A stretch of DNA of 64,000 nt. It comes from Deltaproteobacteria bacterium. GTDB taxonomy: Bacteria > Desulfobacterota > Deferrimicrobia > Deferrimicrobiales > Deferrimicrobiaceae. The notes beneath the pieces are model-generated. The model was given only the letters and a program-made list of their open reading frames with translations. It made no database searches and had not been told where the DNA came from. Positions 8,657 through 18,955 of the stretch are shown piece after piece. The DNA is taken from contig JBBIVQ010000008.1 of assembly GCA_037439645.1 (NCBI GenBank), forward strand, positions 6,693 through 70,692, given 5' to 3'. Numbering within the stretch: the first letter of the stretch is position 1; every line of letters begins with the position of its first letter. The position numbers and the translations under genes were made by a program.

Positions 8657-10078
8657 TTACCGCTTCAGGTTGACGAGCTCGGTGAGCATCTGGTCCGAAG
8701 TGCTGATGACGCGGGTGTTCGCCGTGAACCCGCGTTGCGTGGTGATCATGTTCACGAACTCCGCCGCGAGGTCGACGTTCGACATCTCGATGGAATTGGC
8801 GACGACCGTCCCTTTCCCCGAGGTCCCGGGAGGGCCGATGATCGGCTCGCCCGAATCCTTCGATTGGGAATAGAGGTTCTTCCCCTGCTTCATCAGGTCC
8901 CCGGGGCTCTTGAAGTCGGCGAGGAAGATCTGGTAGAGGTCGATCGTCTGCCCGTTGGTGTAGATGCCCGTGAGAATCCCCTGCTGGTTGATGGAGATGT
9001 TCCGAAGCGACCCGACCGCGTACCCGTCCTGCTTCTGGTAGGAGACCGTCGAGGTGGAGCCGTACTGCGTGAGCCCGGCTTTCCCGGTCGCGTTGGCGAC
9101 GGCGGCGGGCGGATTTCCCGCCGTCAGGGCGTCCCCGAAATTGAACGCCACCATCTGGTTCTGGGCGGCGCCCCCGCTGAAGTTGAATTCGATCTGCAGC
9201 GGAGTGGCGGCCGCGGGGTAGGAGAGCGCGCCCCACGTCGGGTCCGTCCCGACGTAGCCCGTCGGGGGGCCGTTCTGGCCGATCCGGTTCAACGCCCCGG
9301 TCGGATCGAACTCGAGCACGCCGCGGCCCACCTCGACCTGTTGCGCCGTGGCGGGGGGCCAGGCGGGGCCGCCCACGCCGGGCCAGCCGGAAAGTTCCTG
9401 GGAGTCGGTCGTCACGTGGTACTCCCAATCGTTCGTCCCGTTCTTGCGGAAGTAGACGTTGACGAGGTGCCCGTTCCCGAGGCTGTCGTACGCCGTGATG
9501 GAGGTCGAGAAATTCGTCGAGGCGCTGGTGCCGCTGATGCTGAACGGAAGCGGAGGGGAGACCCGGGAGTCGAGGTTCGCGGCGACCCGCACGCCCGTGG
9601 AGCCGTTGAGACCGTCCCCGGTGGCGCGGGGAGTGCCGGTGATGTTGTCGATCCGGATGTCGCCGACGCTGCCGGTGACGTTCCCGTTGACGATCTGGGA
9701 CCCCTGGAGCGCGAGGTTCTCCGGGTTGACGAGGAACCCGCCCGCGTCGAAATGGAAGTTCCCCGCGCGGGTGAAGAAGGTGCCGTTGTTGTTCCGGACG
9801 GCGAAGAACCCCGAGCCGTCGATCGCCATGTCGGTGATGTTCTCCGTCGTCGAGAACGACCCCTGCTGGAAGAGGGTGTCGACCTTGGTCAGTTCGACGC
9901 CGCGGCCGATCTGCGAGGAGGCGCCAAGGCTCTGGGAGAGGATGTCGCCGAAGATCGGCCGTCCGGCCTTGAATCCGGAGGTGTTCACGTTGGCGATGTT
10001 GTTGCCGATGATGGACATCGCGTTTCCGTAAGCGGTCATGCCGGTGACGCCTGAAAACAGGGAGCTCAGAAGACTCAT
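8657..10078 (-). CDS. flgE: Flagellar hook protein FlgE
   Basis: [15 protein letters not shown]-terminus, YDSLG, SNVDLAAEFVNMITTQRGFTAN C-terminus. Confidence 0.98.
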   Translation of the reverse strand: MSLLSSLFSGVTGMTAYGNAMSIIGNNIANVNTSGFKAGRPIFGDILSQSLGASSQIGRGVELTKVDTLFQQGSFSTTENITDMAIDGSGFFAVRNNNGTFFTRAGNFHFDAGGFLVNPENLALQGSQIVNGNVTGSVGDIRIDNITGTPRATGDGLNGSTGVRVAANLDSRVSPPLPFSISGTSASTNFSTSITAYDSLGNGHLVNVYFRKNGTNDWEYHVTTDSQELSGWPGVGGPAWPPATAQQVEVGRGVLEFDPTGALNRIGQNGPPTGYVGTDPTWGALSYPAAATPLQIEFNFSGGAAQNQMVAFNFGDALTAGNPPAAVANATGKAGLTQYGSTSTVSYQKQDGYAVGSLRNISINQQGILTGIYTNGQTIDLYQIFLADFKSPGDLMKQGKNLYSQSKDSGEPIIGPPGTSGKGTVVANSIEMSNVDLAAEFVNMITTQRGFTANTRVISTSDQMLTELVNLKR

Positions 10079-10172
10079 GGTGACCCTCCTTGAAGGTCTG
10101 CGGGGCCGTCCGTCGGTCGGGTCCCGCGGGGCTTTCCTCGAAAGGGAGGTCCGGCCCGGGTTGGAAGTTGGA

Positions 10173-10559
10173 CTACGATATCACCGCGCTGTCGATGTTC
10201 GTGATGACCCGCTCGTTCGCGCCTCCGGCTCCCATGGCCGTGACCACCGTCCGGCTGGGGACGTTGACGATGAGGGCGGTGGTCCCCATCAATACGAGGG
10301 AGTTCCGTCCGCCTTTCTCCCGTGCCGCGGTCACCGCTTCGGAGAGGCGGCGCCGGTCGGCGTCGCTGAACCGGATGCCGCGGCGGGCCAGCCGGTCGTT
10401 GGCGTGCGCGGAGAAGACCACGTCGTCGCGTTTCTCCGCCCGTGCCAGCGCGTCGGCGAATCCGGCGGACGACCCGCTCCCCGCGGGGGACGGACGCGCC
10501 GGCGGGGCGGGCCCGATTCCCGGCGGCCGGATCGTCCGCGGATCGATCGGTTGCATCAT
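10173..10559 (-). CDS. TIGR02530-type flagellar operon protein
   Basis: FSAHANDRL..RGI, KGGRNSLVL, RTVVTAM, TNIDSAVI motifs; usual position between flgD and flgE. Confidence 0.88.
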   Translation of the reverse strand: MMQPIDPRTIRPPGIGPAPPARPSPAGSGSSAGFADALARAEKRDDVVFSAHANDRLARRGIRFSDADRRRLSEAVTAAREKGGRNSLVLMGTTALIVNVPSRTVVTAMGAGGANERVITNIDSAVIS

Positions 10560-10591
10560 GTTCGATCACCTCCTTCCATCGTTCGGTCCGT

Positions 10592-11263
10592 TCAACGCTT
10601 CACCATCGTGATCCTGCCGAATGGAACCTGGAACTCGCCGATGGTCGCCGCGGGGTCGGCGTCCAGCGTCACTCCGGTCACGGTCCCCTCCATCGAGGTC
10701 GCGGAGGAGACCGCCTGTCCGGCGGAGTCGGCGGCATCGACCATGAACCGGTATTGGCCCGCCGGGGCCTTGTAGCCTCCCTCGAGCGTTCCGTCCCAGG
10801 AAAATACCGTTTCCCCCGCCTTCGCCGCGCCGAGGTTCAGGACCCGCAGCGGCGTCCCGTTGCCGTCCGTGATGGTGATCTTCACGGAAGCGGCGTCGGC
10901 GGAGAGCGAGAAGATGCCGTTCCGGTTCCCGGCCGCATCCGCGACCAGTCCGTCTCCTTGCGCACGGGCCGTTTTTCCCACGGCCTGCAGGAGGGAGAAT
11001 CTTCCCTGCTGCTCCAGGGCGTTCCTGATCTCGCCGAAACTCGTGTTCAGGTTCGTCATCTGCTCGAGGCTCGAGAATTGCGCGAGTTGCGCCGCGAACT
11101 CCCGGTCGTCCACCGGGTTCTGCGGGTCCTGGTACTTCAGTTGCGTGAAGAGAAGTTTGAGGAAATCGTCCTTCCCCATGGCGCCGCCGGCGGACGTCTT
11201 CGTGCCGGAAGCCGGCGCCACGTAGCTCTTCCAGTCGTTCGTGACTGCCAATGCCATCGTCAT
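10592..11263 (-). CDS. flgD: Hook capping protein FlgD
   Basis: [36 protein letters not shown]; WDG in the Ig-like domain. Confidence 0.98.
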   Translation of the reverse strand: MTMALAVTNDWKSYVAPASGTKTSAGGAMGKDDFLKLLFTQLKYQDPQNPVDDREFAAQLAQFSSLEQMTNLNTSFGEIRNALEQQGRFSLLQAVGKTARAQGDGLVADAAGNRNGIFSLSADAASVKITITDGNGTPLRVLNLGAAKAGETVFSWDGTLEGGYKAPAGQYRFMVDAADSAGQAVSSATSMEGTVTGVTLDADPAATIGEFQVPFGRITMVKR

Positions 11264-11285
11264 TTCCTCCTTTCGGCTGCCGTTC

Positions 11286-12545
11286 TCATGCGATCCAATG
11301 TTCGGTGCGTTTCATCCCGTCGCGTTCGAGGTCCTCCCGCCGGACGGAGGCCACGCTCTCCGTCTTTTCCTCCTTTCCGCCCCGGTGCGGCGCGGTATCC
11401 GTGTCCCCGTTCGGAGACGTCCTCTCCCTCCGCTCCTTCCACGGTTCTCCCGACAGGGCCACGTTGAACGAGGAGAGGGTGACGCCCGCGTTCCTCAACG
11501 CCTCCCGCAAGGCGGGTTCCTCCAGGAGGAGCAGCGACCTCGCTTCCGGGTTGTCGGCCCGCACGGCGGCGTCCATCCGCCCGGAGTCGATGTGCAGTTC
11601 GATCTTCAATTTCCCGAGGTGTTCCGGCGCCAGCCGGATCTCCACTTCGTGCGCGCCGTCCGGCGTCGCCGCCATCCGCATCGCGACCTGCTCGAATAGA
11701 GGCGGGGGGAGGAACGCCTCCCGCGACGGCTCCAAGGGAGCGGGAGCGGCAGGTTCGATTGCGCCTCGTCCCTCCTGAACGGGGCCCGCGGCGGCGGGGA
11801 TGAACCCGGAGAACGATCTCCCCTCCGCCGTGCGTTCGCGGGGGGCCGGCCGGGAAACCGCACGTTCCGGGGAGCCGGGCCGGCGTTCCACGGCGACGTG
11901 CGAAGACGCCGCCACCGGTCCGGGGATCCCCTTGCCGTTCCGGCGAACCGCTTGCTGCGGTTCCGCGGCGGTTTGCCCGTACCCGTCCCGGCGGGACGGT
12001 TCCGGGGCGACCTCGTTTTTCCCGGGCACCGGTCTGCGCGGGGAAACGGAATCCGTCCCGAGGAGATCCGGACCCGCCTCTTCGCTCCGCGCTTTCCCCG
12101 GCTCCGGAGCCCGGGGCGCAAAGCGGGGCGTCGCGCCCTTCGCGGACGCGCTCCCCCGCGAACGATCGGCGGATCTCGTGCGCGAGGGGGTTCCGGCGAT
12201 TTCCCGGGAGGCGGCGGGCGAATCGATCCGTGTTTCGATCGCCCCGGCACCCTTTCCATCCCGTTTCGCGGCCGGAGTTCCCTGGACGCGGCCCGGGGGG
12301 ATCGGACGATCGAACGCGGCCATCGGCACGGTTTCCGGCGCGGCGGGGGAAGATCCGGATTTCCGGGGGGGCTTTCCGGCCCGTTCCTTCCGCCGGATCT
12401 TCTTGTCGTCGGGAACGAGGGAAAAGAGGGCGTCGGCGAATCCGGCCGTCCCGGTCCCCCTCCGTTTTCCCGCTTTTCCCGTCCGTGACGGACCTTGCGC
12501 GGGCGGGGTGCTTCCGCCGCATTGTGGAGGCACGAAAGCGCTCAT
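11286..12545 (-). CDS. fliK: Hook-length control protein FliK
   Basis: Long Pro/Ala/Arg-rich disordered N-terminus plus T3S4 domain ([15 protein letters not shown]...[12 protein letters not shown]); ATG at 12545 overlaps the upstream stop. Confidence 0.88.
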   Translation of the reverse strand: MSAFVPPQCGGSTPPAQGPSRTGKAGKRRGTGTAGFADALFSLVPDDKKIRRKERAGKPPRKSGSSPAAPETVPMAAFDRPIPPGRVQGTPAAKRDGKGAGAIETRIDSPAASREIAGTPSRTRSADRSRGSASAKGATPRFAPRAPEPGKARSEEAGPDLLGTDSVSPRRPVPGKNEVAPEPSRRDGYGQTAAEPQQAVRRNGKGIPGPVAASSHVAVERRPGSPERAVSRPAPRERTAEGRSFSGFIPAAAGPVQEGRGAIEPAAPAPLEPSREAFLPPPLFEQVAMRMAATPDGAHEVEIRLAPEHLGKLKIELHIDSGRMDAAVRADNPEARSLLLLEEPALREALRNAGVTLSSFNVALSGEPWKERRERTSPNGDTDTAPHRGGKEEKTESVASVRREDLERDGMKRTEHWIA

Positions 12546-13060
12546 GGGGTCCCTTTCTCGATCCACCGGGTGACGTTCGCGGAGAATTCCGCGTCCATCT
12601 TCCCGAGAATTTTCGCGGCGTCCTTTTCCTTGAGCTCCCTGAGGATCCGCGCGGAATCGCGCTCCCCCAGCATCTGAAGCCGTTTCGCGGCGTCCTCGGC
12701 GGGCATCGCGCGGTAGATCTTCGCGATGCGCTGCCGCTCGGCCTTGTTCCCCTGCTCCCGCTCCCCGGTCTTCTTTTCCATCAGCGACAGTTTCTGTTCC
12801 AGGATGCCGATCTGTTGCTTCACTTCCTCCCGCATCTTCTCGAGGATCTTCCGCTCCGCCTGGATCCGCAGGTCCGCACGATCGAGATCCCGTGCGCGGC
12901 GCGATACGGACTCGGTGAGCGAGTAGAGGTCGGCCGCGGGCGACTTGAAGGGCGCCTGCGCCGCTCCGGCCGGCTTCTCGGCGCTTCGCGCGTGGAGGAC
13001 CGCCCCGCCCCCGAGGAGAAGGAGAAGCGTCCCCGCCATGGCGACCTTCCGCGGCATCAT
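12542..13060 (-). CDS. MotE/FlbB-like (MgtE-N domain) periplasmic flagellar protein
   Basis: Signal/TM, coiled coil, then IAKIYRAMPAEDAAKRL..AAKILGKMD repeats; between fliJ and fliK. Confidence 0.85.
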   Translation of the reverse strand: MMPRKVAMAGTLLLLLGGGAVLHARSAEKPAGAAQAPFKSPAADLYSLTESVSRRARDLDRADLRIQAERKILEKMREEVKQQIGILEQKLSLMEKKTGEREQGNKAERQRIAKIYRAMPAEDAAKRLQMLGERDSARILRELKEKDAAKILGKMDAEFSANVTRWIEKGTP

Positions 13061-13512
13061 GCACCCTCCCTCCGGCCGTACCGGATCACCGTGATCTCAT
13101 CCGATGCGACCGCCTCGGCGTGCTCCTCTTCCCGGCGCAGGGAGTCGACCGCCGCGGTTTCCCACGCTTCGATCCGCCTTCGTTCGATCCGGGAACGGAG
13201 GTACGCATCGATCGCTTCCCGCAGTCGCTCCCTGGACTCCCTTGCGGCCGACGCTGCCGCGATTCTCTGTTCCCTGCGGGTCCTCCAGAGCAGGTGATAA
13301 TCGGCGATCTCGGGGGAACGGATCCCTTCGACCAGCGACTTGTCGATCCCGGCCTGCAGCCGGCGGCAATCCTCCTCGAGTGCGGCGAGGCGGCGCTCCG
13401 ATGCGTTCACGGCTGCGCGGGCTTCGCTGACGGCGCGGCCGTCCGCTTTTTCCCGGAGTTCCCGCAGCCTGCGTACGCTTCCGATGCGCCGGATCCGCTC
13501 CCGGGTAGCCAT
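13057..13512 (-). CDS. fliJ: Flagellar export protein FliJ
   Basis: 151-aa charged coiled-coil protein immediately after fliI; C-terminal DE motif. Confidence 0.8.
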   Translation of the reverse strand: MATRERIRRIGSVRRLRELREKADGRAVSEARAAVNASERRLAALEEDCRRLQAGIDKSLVEGIRSPEIADYHLLWRTRREQRIAAASAARESRERLREAIDAYLRSRIERRRIEAWETAAVDSLRREEEHAEAVASDEITVIRYGRREGA

Positions 13513-13515
13513 CGG

Positions 13516-14826
13516 TCACTCCGCGAGCGCTTCCGCGAGGCGGAGGCGGGATTCCTCGATGGTCCCCCGTTCGTGCGGCGACTGCCGCAGGACCGCGTTG
13601 AGTGCGTCGATCCGCCCGATCGCGAAATCGATCTTGGGGTCGGATCCCTTGACGTAGGCGCCGATGTGGATCATGTCCTCGGCGTCCCGGTAATCGGAGA
13701 GGACCTCCCGGGCCCTCCCCGCGAGCGTGACGGCCTCGGGCGGAACGATCTCGCGCATGACCCGGCTGGTGCTCTGCAGGATGTCGACGGCGGGGTAGTG
13801 GTTCCTCGCCGCCATGGCGCGGCTCAGGGTGAGGTGCCCGTCGAGGATCGACCGGGCCGCGTCGGCGACCGGTTCGTTCATGTCGTCGCCCTCGACGAGG
13901 ACGGTGTAGATCCCCGTGATGCTTCCCGAGGAAGACGTCCCCGCGCGCTCGAGCAGGCGGGGGAGCATGGAGAACACCGACGGGGTGTATCCCTTGCTGG
14001 CGGGCGGTTCTCCCGCGGCGAGGCCGACCTCGCGGAGCGCCATGGCGAACCGCGTCAGGGAGTCCATCATCAGGAGAACGTCCATCCCCCGGTCCCGGAA
14101 ATATTCCGCGATCGCCGTGGCCGTGAACGCTCCGCGGATCCGCTGGACGGCGGGTTGGTCCGACGTGGAGACGACGACGACGGAATGGGCCAACGCCTCA
14201 TCGCCCAGGTCGTTCTCGATGAACTCGCGGACCTCGCGTCCGCGTTCCCCGATCAGCGCGATGACGTTGACCCGCGCCGACGTGTGACGGGCGATCATCC
14301 CGAGCAGCATGCTCTTGCCGACTCCGGATCCCGCGAAAATTCCCATACGCTGCCCTTTCCCGACCGTCGCCATGGCGTTGACGGCGCGGATCCCCAGGTC
14401 GAGCGGTTCCGCGATCCGGGTCCGCTGCAACGGGTGCGGCGGGGCGGAATGGAGGGAGCGCCTCTCGCCGGTGACGATCGGTCCCTTGCCGTCGATGGGG
14501 GCGCCGAGACCGTCGAGAACCCTGCCGCAGAGCGCATCCCCGACGGGGACGACCGCGGGGGAGGAGTTCTCGCGGATCCGGGCGCCGGGGGAGACCCCCG
14601 CGAGGTCGCCGATCGGCATCAGGAGCACGGATCCTTTCCGGAACCCGACCACCTCGGCGGGCAGGGGGGATTCCCCGCAGCGTCCTACGATCTCGCAGAT
14701 GCTTCCGATCCTCGGGGAGATCCCCTTCCCCTCGGCGAGGATCCCGACGATGTCCGTGACGCGGCCGTACTTGTGCACGGCGCGGACGCCCTGGAGGGCG
14801 TCCATGGAAGGACCGAGCAGGCTCAT
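13516..14826 (-). CDS. fliI: Flagellar export ATPase FliI
   Basis: Walker A AGSGVGKS, LIGERGREV, DSLTRFAMA, GEPPASKGYTPS; start set at MSLLGP (14826). Confidence 0.98.
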   Translation of the reverse strand: MSLLGPSMDALQGVRAVHKYGRVTDIVGILAEGKGISPRIGSICEIVGRCGESPLPAEVVGFRKGSVLLMPIGDLAGVSPGARIRENSSPAVVPVGDALCGRVLDGLGAPIDGKGPIVTGERRSLHSAPPHPLQRTRIAEPLDLGIRAVNAMATVGKGQRMGIFAGSGVGKSMLLGMIARHTSARVNVIALIGERGREVREFIENDLGDEALAHSVVVVSTSDQPAVQRIRGAFTATAIAEYFRDRGMDVLLMMDSLTRFAMALREVGLAAGEPPASKGYTPSVFSMLPRLLERAGTSSSGSITGIYTVLVEGDDMNEPVADAARSILDGHLTLSRAMAARNHYPAVDILQSTSRVMREIVPPEAVTLAGRAREVLSDYRDAEDMIHIGAYVKGSDPKIDFAIGRIDALNAVLRQSPHERGTIEESRLRLAEALAE

Positions 14827-15515
14827 TTCCGCTCCTCCCGGACCGCCCGCAGGTGCTCCCGCAGCACCTCGAACTGGCCGGAGATGGTCGCGTCGGCCTC
14901 CGAGAAATCGTTTACGGCCAGGCACCCCCCGCGCTCGACCGTGTCGTCGGGTTCGACCGCGATGTCCCCTTTTCCGGAAAGGAAGGGAAAGAGGGCGTCG
15001 CGGGCCTTCCACACGTTGTTCGCGTCGGACGGGTGGACGTGAAGGGTGATCCGCCCCTCCGCGCCGATCCGCTGGATCGCCCGGCGGGCGCTTTCGAGGA
15101 CGACGTCCGGGGAGGTTTCGACCTCCGCGCCCACGATCGCGCGGGCGATCTGGAACGCCAGGTCGACGAGTTCCCGCTCCGCTTCCCTTTGAAGGGTCGG
15201 GCGCAGCGTCGAGATCTCGCCGACGAGTCCGGCGAGCTTGTCGACCATCGAGGAGACCGCCGCTTCTCCGAGATCGCGCCCCGCCTTTTCTCCGAGCAGG
15301 AACGCCTTCTCGTACGCATCCTTCCCGATCGCCTCGATCCTGCGCTGCATCCCCGGTGGGAGGGGCGCGTCCGCGGAAGGGTCCGGGTCCGCCGGGTTCG
15401 CCGTCTTCCGCGCCGTGGACACGTCGAACCGTTCGAAGATCGGAAGCCCCTCCGGCGCCGCGATCCGCTCGGCGAAGACCGGAAACGGGTACGACGGACC
15501 GGGATCAGACGACAT
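14823..15515 (-). CDS. fliH: Flagellar assembly protein FliH
   Basis: AxxxG(xxxG) repeats (AYEKAFLLGEKAG), LHVHPSD, RGGCL; between fliG and fliI. Confidence 0.92.
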   Translation of the reverse strand: MSSDPGPSYPFPVFAERIAAPEGLPIFERFDVSTARKTANPADPDPSADAPLPPGMQRRIEAIGKDAYEKAFLLGEKAGRDLGEAAVSSMVDKLAGLVGEISTLRPTLQREAERELVDLAFQIARAIVGAEVETSPDVVLESARRAIQRIGAEGRITLHVHPSDANNVWKARDALFPFLSGKGDIAVEPDDTVERGGCLAVNDFSEADATISGQFEVLREHLRAVREERK

Positions 15516-16512
15516 CGTCCCCCCCCGCGTCCGATTTGAGGGTGACTTTCCCCTCTTCCTCCAGGCGGCGTGCGACCGTGATGAGTTCCTGGCGCGCGTT
15601 TTCGACCTCGGTGACCTTGACCGGTCCCGTCGCCTCGAGATCCTCCTTGATCATCTCGGCCGCGCGTTCGGAGATGTTCTGGAAAACCTTCTGCTGCATC
15701 TCCGGGCTGGCGGCCTTGAGCGCGACGACGAGGATGTCCCGGTTCACCTCCCGCAGGATCGCCTGGAAGCTGCGGTCGTCCACCCCCATCAGGTCCTCGA
15801 AGGTGAACTGCGCCTTCCGGATCGTATCGGCGAGGTCGGCGTCGGCGCCGTGCATCTTTTCGAGCGCGGCGGTTTCAAGATCCTTGGGCATGGCGTTCAG
15901 CGCCTGCGCGACGAGTTTGACGCCCCCCGCGGGGATGGGGGCCTCGTTGTCCGATTCGGCCGGCGCGAGGTTGAACACCTCTTCGATCTCCCGCAGGAGT
16001 TCCGGGGAAATCTTCTCGAGCTTTCCCATCCGGAGGAGGATGTCGGGCATCTTTTCGGGGGGGAAATACGACAGGATTTTCGAGATCTTTTTCGGCTCGA
16101 GCGTGGAAAGGACGACGGCGCAGATCTGGGGGTGCTCGTTCCGGAGAAGGCGGGCGACCGCCTTGGGCTCGGCCACCTGCAACGCCTTCATCCCCCGGGG
16201 TTTCGGAGGGGTGATGAGTTCGCTCACGATGGTGCGCGCCTTGCCCGGGTCGAGCGCCTTGGAGAGGGAACTGCTCAGGAAGGCCCGCGTGTTGGTGACG
16301 ACGCCCCGGGGCTGGATCATCTCCCGCCGGAACTCGTCGAGGACCCGCGCCACGGTGGCGGTCGGGATCTCGTGCATCCGCGCCATCGCCTGGCCGATCC
16401 TCCGGATCTCGGACTCCTCGAGTCCCTTGAACACCTCCGAGGCGGTTTCTTCCCCGAGGGACAGCAGCAGGATCGCCGCCTTGTCGGCCCCGCTGAACGC
16501 CGTGTCGGCCAT
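15505..16512 (-). CDS. fliG: Rotor protein FliG
   Basis: KAAILLLSLGEE, EHPQ, FTFEDL, ISERAAEMIKEDL motifs. Confidence 0.98.
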   Translation of the reverse strand: MADTAFSGADKAAILLLSLGEETASEVFKGLEESEIRRIGQAMARMHEIPTATVARVLDEFRREMIQPRGVVTNTRAFLSSSLSKALDPGKARTIVSELITPPKPRGMKALQVAEPKAVARLLRNEHPQICAVVLSTLEPKKISKILSYFPPEKMPDILLRMGKLEKISPELLREIEEVFNLAPAESDNEAPIPAGGVKLVAQALNAMPKDLETAALEKMHGADADLADTIRKAQFTFEDLMGVDDRSFQAILREVNRDILVVALKAASPEMQQKVFQNISERAAEMIKEDLEATGPVKVTEVENARQELITVARRLEEEGKVTLKSDAGGDDVV

Positions 16513-16521
16513 GGTTCTCCT

Positions 16522-18147
16522 CTACTCCTGCACGAGCCAGAGTTTGATCGCCTGGGCTGCGCGTTGCGGCTCCTGCCGGGCGAGCGTCTGAAGGTCTTCC
16601 TGGGCGCCCGGGGGGAGAGCCGCCCTCGCGGCGCCCGCGCCGACCGCCTTCCCGGACTCCTGCGCCGATGGGAGCGGCAACGGGTAATACTCGTCGGGGG
16701 AGGGAGCCGGCGCCGGCGCCGTGAACCATGCGATCAGGGGGCGGAGAACGAAGAGGGCCAGGATCAGGAGGAGAAGGACGGAAGCGAGGTATTTCGCGAT
16801 CGTCACCCACGAGGTGGGCAGCACGGGGAGAATTTTCGACGGGGCGGCCGCCGCCGGGATCCCGTCGTCGGCGAGGAAGGGGGCCGAGACGATCTCGAAG
16901 GCGTCACCCCGCGCCGGGTTGAACCCCACCGCGTTCTTCACCAGCTTTTCGTAATTCGCGAGATCCTCGGGGGTGCGCGCGACGTACGTCGACGTTTCCT
17001 GCCCCTTGGCGTCCTTCGAGACCTTGTACGCTCCGTCCACGAGGACGGCGACGGTCATGCGCTTGATCTCCACGGACGGGAGGGAGACCTTGCTCAGGGT
17101 GCGGGACACTTCGTAATTGATCGTCTCGTTGTTGCGGCTGGAGTTCGTGGACGCTCCGGAGGAGGTGACGGCCGTGGATGCGGCGACCCCCTGCGCGTTC
17201 GGGACGTTGGAAGGGGTCCCGGGGATCCCCTGCGGGGATCCGGAAGTTCCCGTGGATTTTTCCTGTGCGCGTTGCTCGCTGCGTACGACGACGCTGTCGG
17301 GGTCGTACTTCTCCTCCGTGCTCTCCACCTTTTTCTGTTCGACGTCGGCGGCCACCCGGACCACCGCGCGGCCGGCTCCGACCGTCTTTTCGAGGATGTT
17401 GCGCGCCCGCTCCTCGAGGGAGACCTCGATCGAGCGCTGAAGCGACACGGAGGCGGAGGAGGATGCGTCGTCGGCGGAGCCGCGCGCCTTGGAGAGGAGT
17501 GCCCCGGCGCTGTCGATGACGGAAACCCGGTCGGCCGCGAGGCCCGGGACCGAGCTGCTGACGAGTTGCGCGATGGCTCCGACCTGGCCGTCCGCGAGGG
17601 TCTTGCCGGGACGCAGTTTGAGGACGACCGAGGCGGAGGGGGTCTCGTCCTGCTCCGCGAAGACCGATTTCCTGGGGATCACGATATGGACCCGGGCCTT
17701 CTCGACGCTCGCCATGCTCTGGATCGTCCGGACGAGCTCTCCCTGGATCGCCCTCTGGTAATTGAGCTTCTGGACGAAGTCGGTCATCCCGAGCTTCGGC
17801 GAGTCGAAGATCTCGAAGCCGACGGTGCCTCCCTGGAGAAGGCCCTCCCCGGCGATCTGGAGCCTCGTCTCGTACACTTTTTCCGCGGGGACCAGGATCG
17901 TCGCGCCGCCGTTTTCGAGGCGGAAGGGGACCTTCGATCCCTTCAGCTTCTCCACGATCTTGCCGGCGTCTTCCGTGGAGAGCCCTGCGAACAGGACCTG
18001 GTACGCGGGCCGCTGGCTCCAGGCGACCAGGCCGATCATCAAGGCAAGCGTGACCGCCCCCACGATCGCCGCCGTCCACCGCTTTGCGGGGGGCATGGCG
18101 TGGAAGAGGTTTTTCATCTGGGCGGCGGCACTCGATACGTCAGCCAT
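16522..18147 (-). CDS. fliF: MS-ring protein FliF
   Basis: Two TM helices; GFEIFD, NYQRAIQGEL, ARVHIVIP, NYEVSRT motifs. Confidence 0.98.
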   Translation of the reverse strand: MADVSSAAAQMKNLFHAMPPAKRWTAAIVGAVTLALMIGLVAWSQRPAYQVLFAGLSTEDAGKIVEKLKGSKVPFRLENGGATILVPAEKVYETRLQIAGEGLLQGGTVGFEIFDSPKLGMTDFVQKLNYQRAIQGELVRTIQSMASVEKARVHIVIPRKSVFAEQDETPSASVVLKLRPGKTLADGQVGAIAQLVSSSVPGLAADRVSVIDSAGALLSKARGSADDASSSASVSLQRSIEVSLEERARNILEKTVGAGRAVVRVAADVEQKKVESTEEKYDPDSVVVRSEQRAQEKSTGTSGSPQGIPGTPSNVPNAQGVAASTAVTSSGASTNSSRNNETINYEVSRTLSKVSLPSVEIKRMTVAVLVDGAYKVSKDAKGQETSTYVARTPEDLANYEKLVKNAVGFNPARGDAFEIVSAPFLADDGIPAAAAPSKILPVLPTSWVTIAKYLASVLLLLILALFVLRPLIAWFTAPAPAPSPDEYYPLPLPSAQESGKAVGAGAARAALPPGAQEDLQTLARQEPQRAAQAIKLWLVQE

Positions 18148-18185
18148 CGTCGCTCCTTGTCCCTTCTATCTCCGAAGAGTGGGTG

Positions 18186-18485
18186 TCAGATCTGCGTTCG
18201 AAGGACTTCCTTGTACGCCTCCAGCACCTTGTTGCGGACCTGCATGAGCAGGCGGAACGAGATGTCGGCCTTTTCCACGGCGATCAGCGTTTCGTGCAGG
18301 CCCGCCTTCCCGGTCTGCAGGTCGATCGACTTCGCGTCGGCGGTCTTCTGGGCCTCGTTCACCTCCGCCACCGCCTTCTGAAGCGATTCGAGGAAGGAGG
18401 GGCCCTCGGCGGACTTCGCGCCGGCCGCCACGCGGGGAGGAGCGACGGGGGGGGAGATGCCGGGAACGATCGTGAGGTCGGCCAT
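18186..18485 (-). CDS. fliE: Basal body protein FliE
   Basis: QVRNKVLEAYKEVLRTQI C-terminus. Confidence 0.97.
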   Translation of the reverse strand: MADLTIVPGISPPVAPPRVAAGAKSAEGPSFLESLQKAVAEVNEAQKTADAKSIDLQTGKAGLHETLIAVEKADISFRLLMQVRNKVLEAYKEVLRTQI

Positions 18486-18495
18486 GTCGTCCTCC

Positions 18496-18924
18496 TTACC
18501 GGAACAGGTCGAGCGCGCGCGTGGCCATGCTCTTGAAGGCGTTGAACGACTGGACGTTCGCCTCGTACGAGCGGCTGGCCGTGATCATGTTGGTCATCTC
18601 CTCGACAACGCTCACGTTCGGGTACGCGACGTTCCCGTCCGCATCGGCGTCGGGATGGCCGGGCTCGAACACCTTGTTCGGGGGGGTGGAGTCGACCGCG
18701 ATGGACACCACCTTGACGCCGGTCCGTGCGCTTGGCCCGACGGTGATCCCTCCCGTCTCCCCGGCCGGTTCCGCCTGGAAGACGGGATCGCGCCGGCGGT
18801 ATGGCCCCCCTTCCGGTGTGCGGGTCGCCCGGGCGTTGGCGAGATTGGAAGCGATCGTGTCCATCCATTTCCGTTGCGCCGCCATCCCGGAGCCGCTGAT
18901 CTGCAAGGATTTGAACATGTCCAT
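18496..18924 (-). CDS. flgC: Rod protein FlgC
   Basis: ASNLANA..GGPYRRR, PGHPDAD, YPNV..EMTNMITASRSYEAN. Confidence 0.98.
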   Translation of the reverse strand: MDMFKSLQISGSGMAAQRKWMDTIASNLANARATRTPEGGPYRRRDPVFQAEPAGETGGITVGPSARTGVKVVSIAVDSTPPNKVFEPGHPDADADGNVAYPNVSVVEEMTNMITASRSYEANVQSFNAFKSMATRALDLFR

Positions 18925-18955
18925 GCGATTGCCTCCCTGCGTTCGTGCGACGCGC

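Noticed and set aside
11286-13064. Over-long ORF-track starts for fliK, fliI, fliR, flgB, flgH, flgI, flgK, cheB, the kinase and the regulator
   Set aside because: The extensions overlap well-supported upstream genes; starts were moved to codons with an RBS or stop/start overlap.
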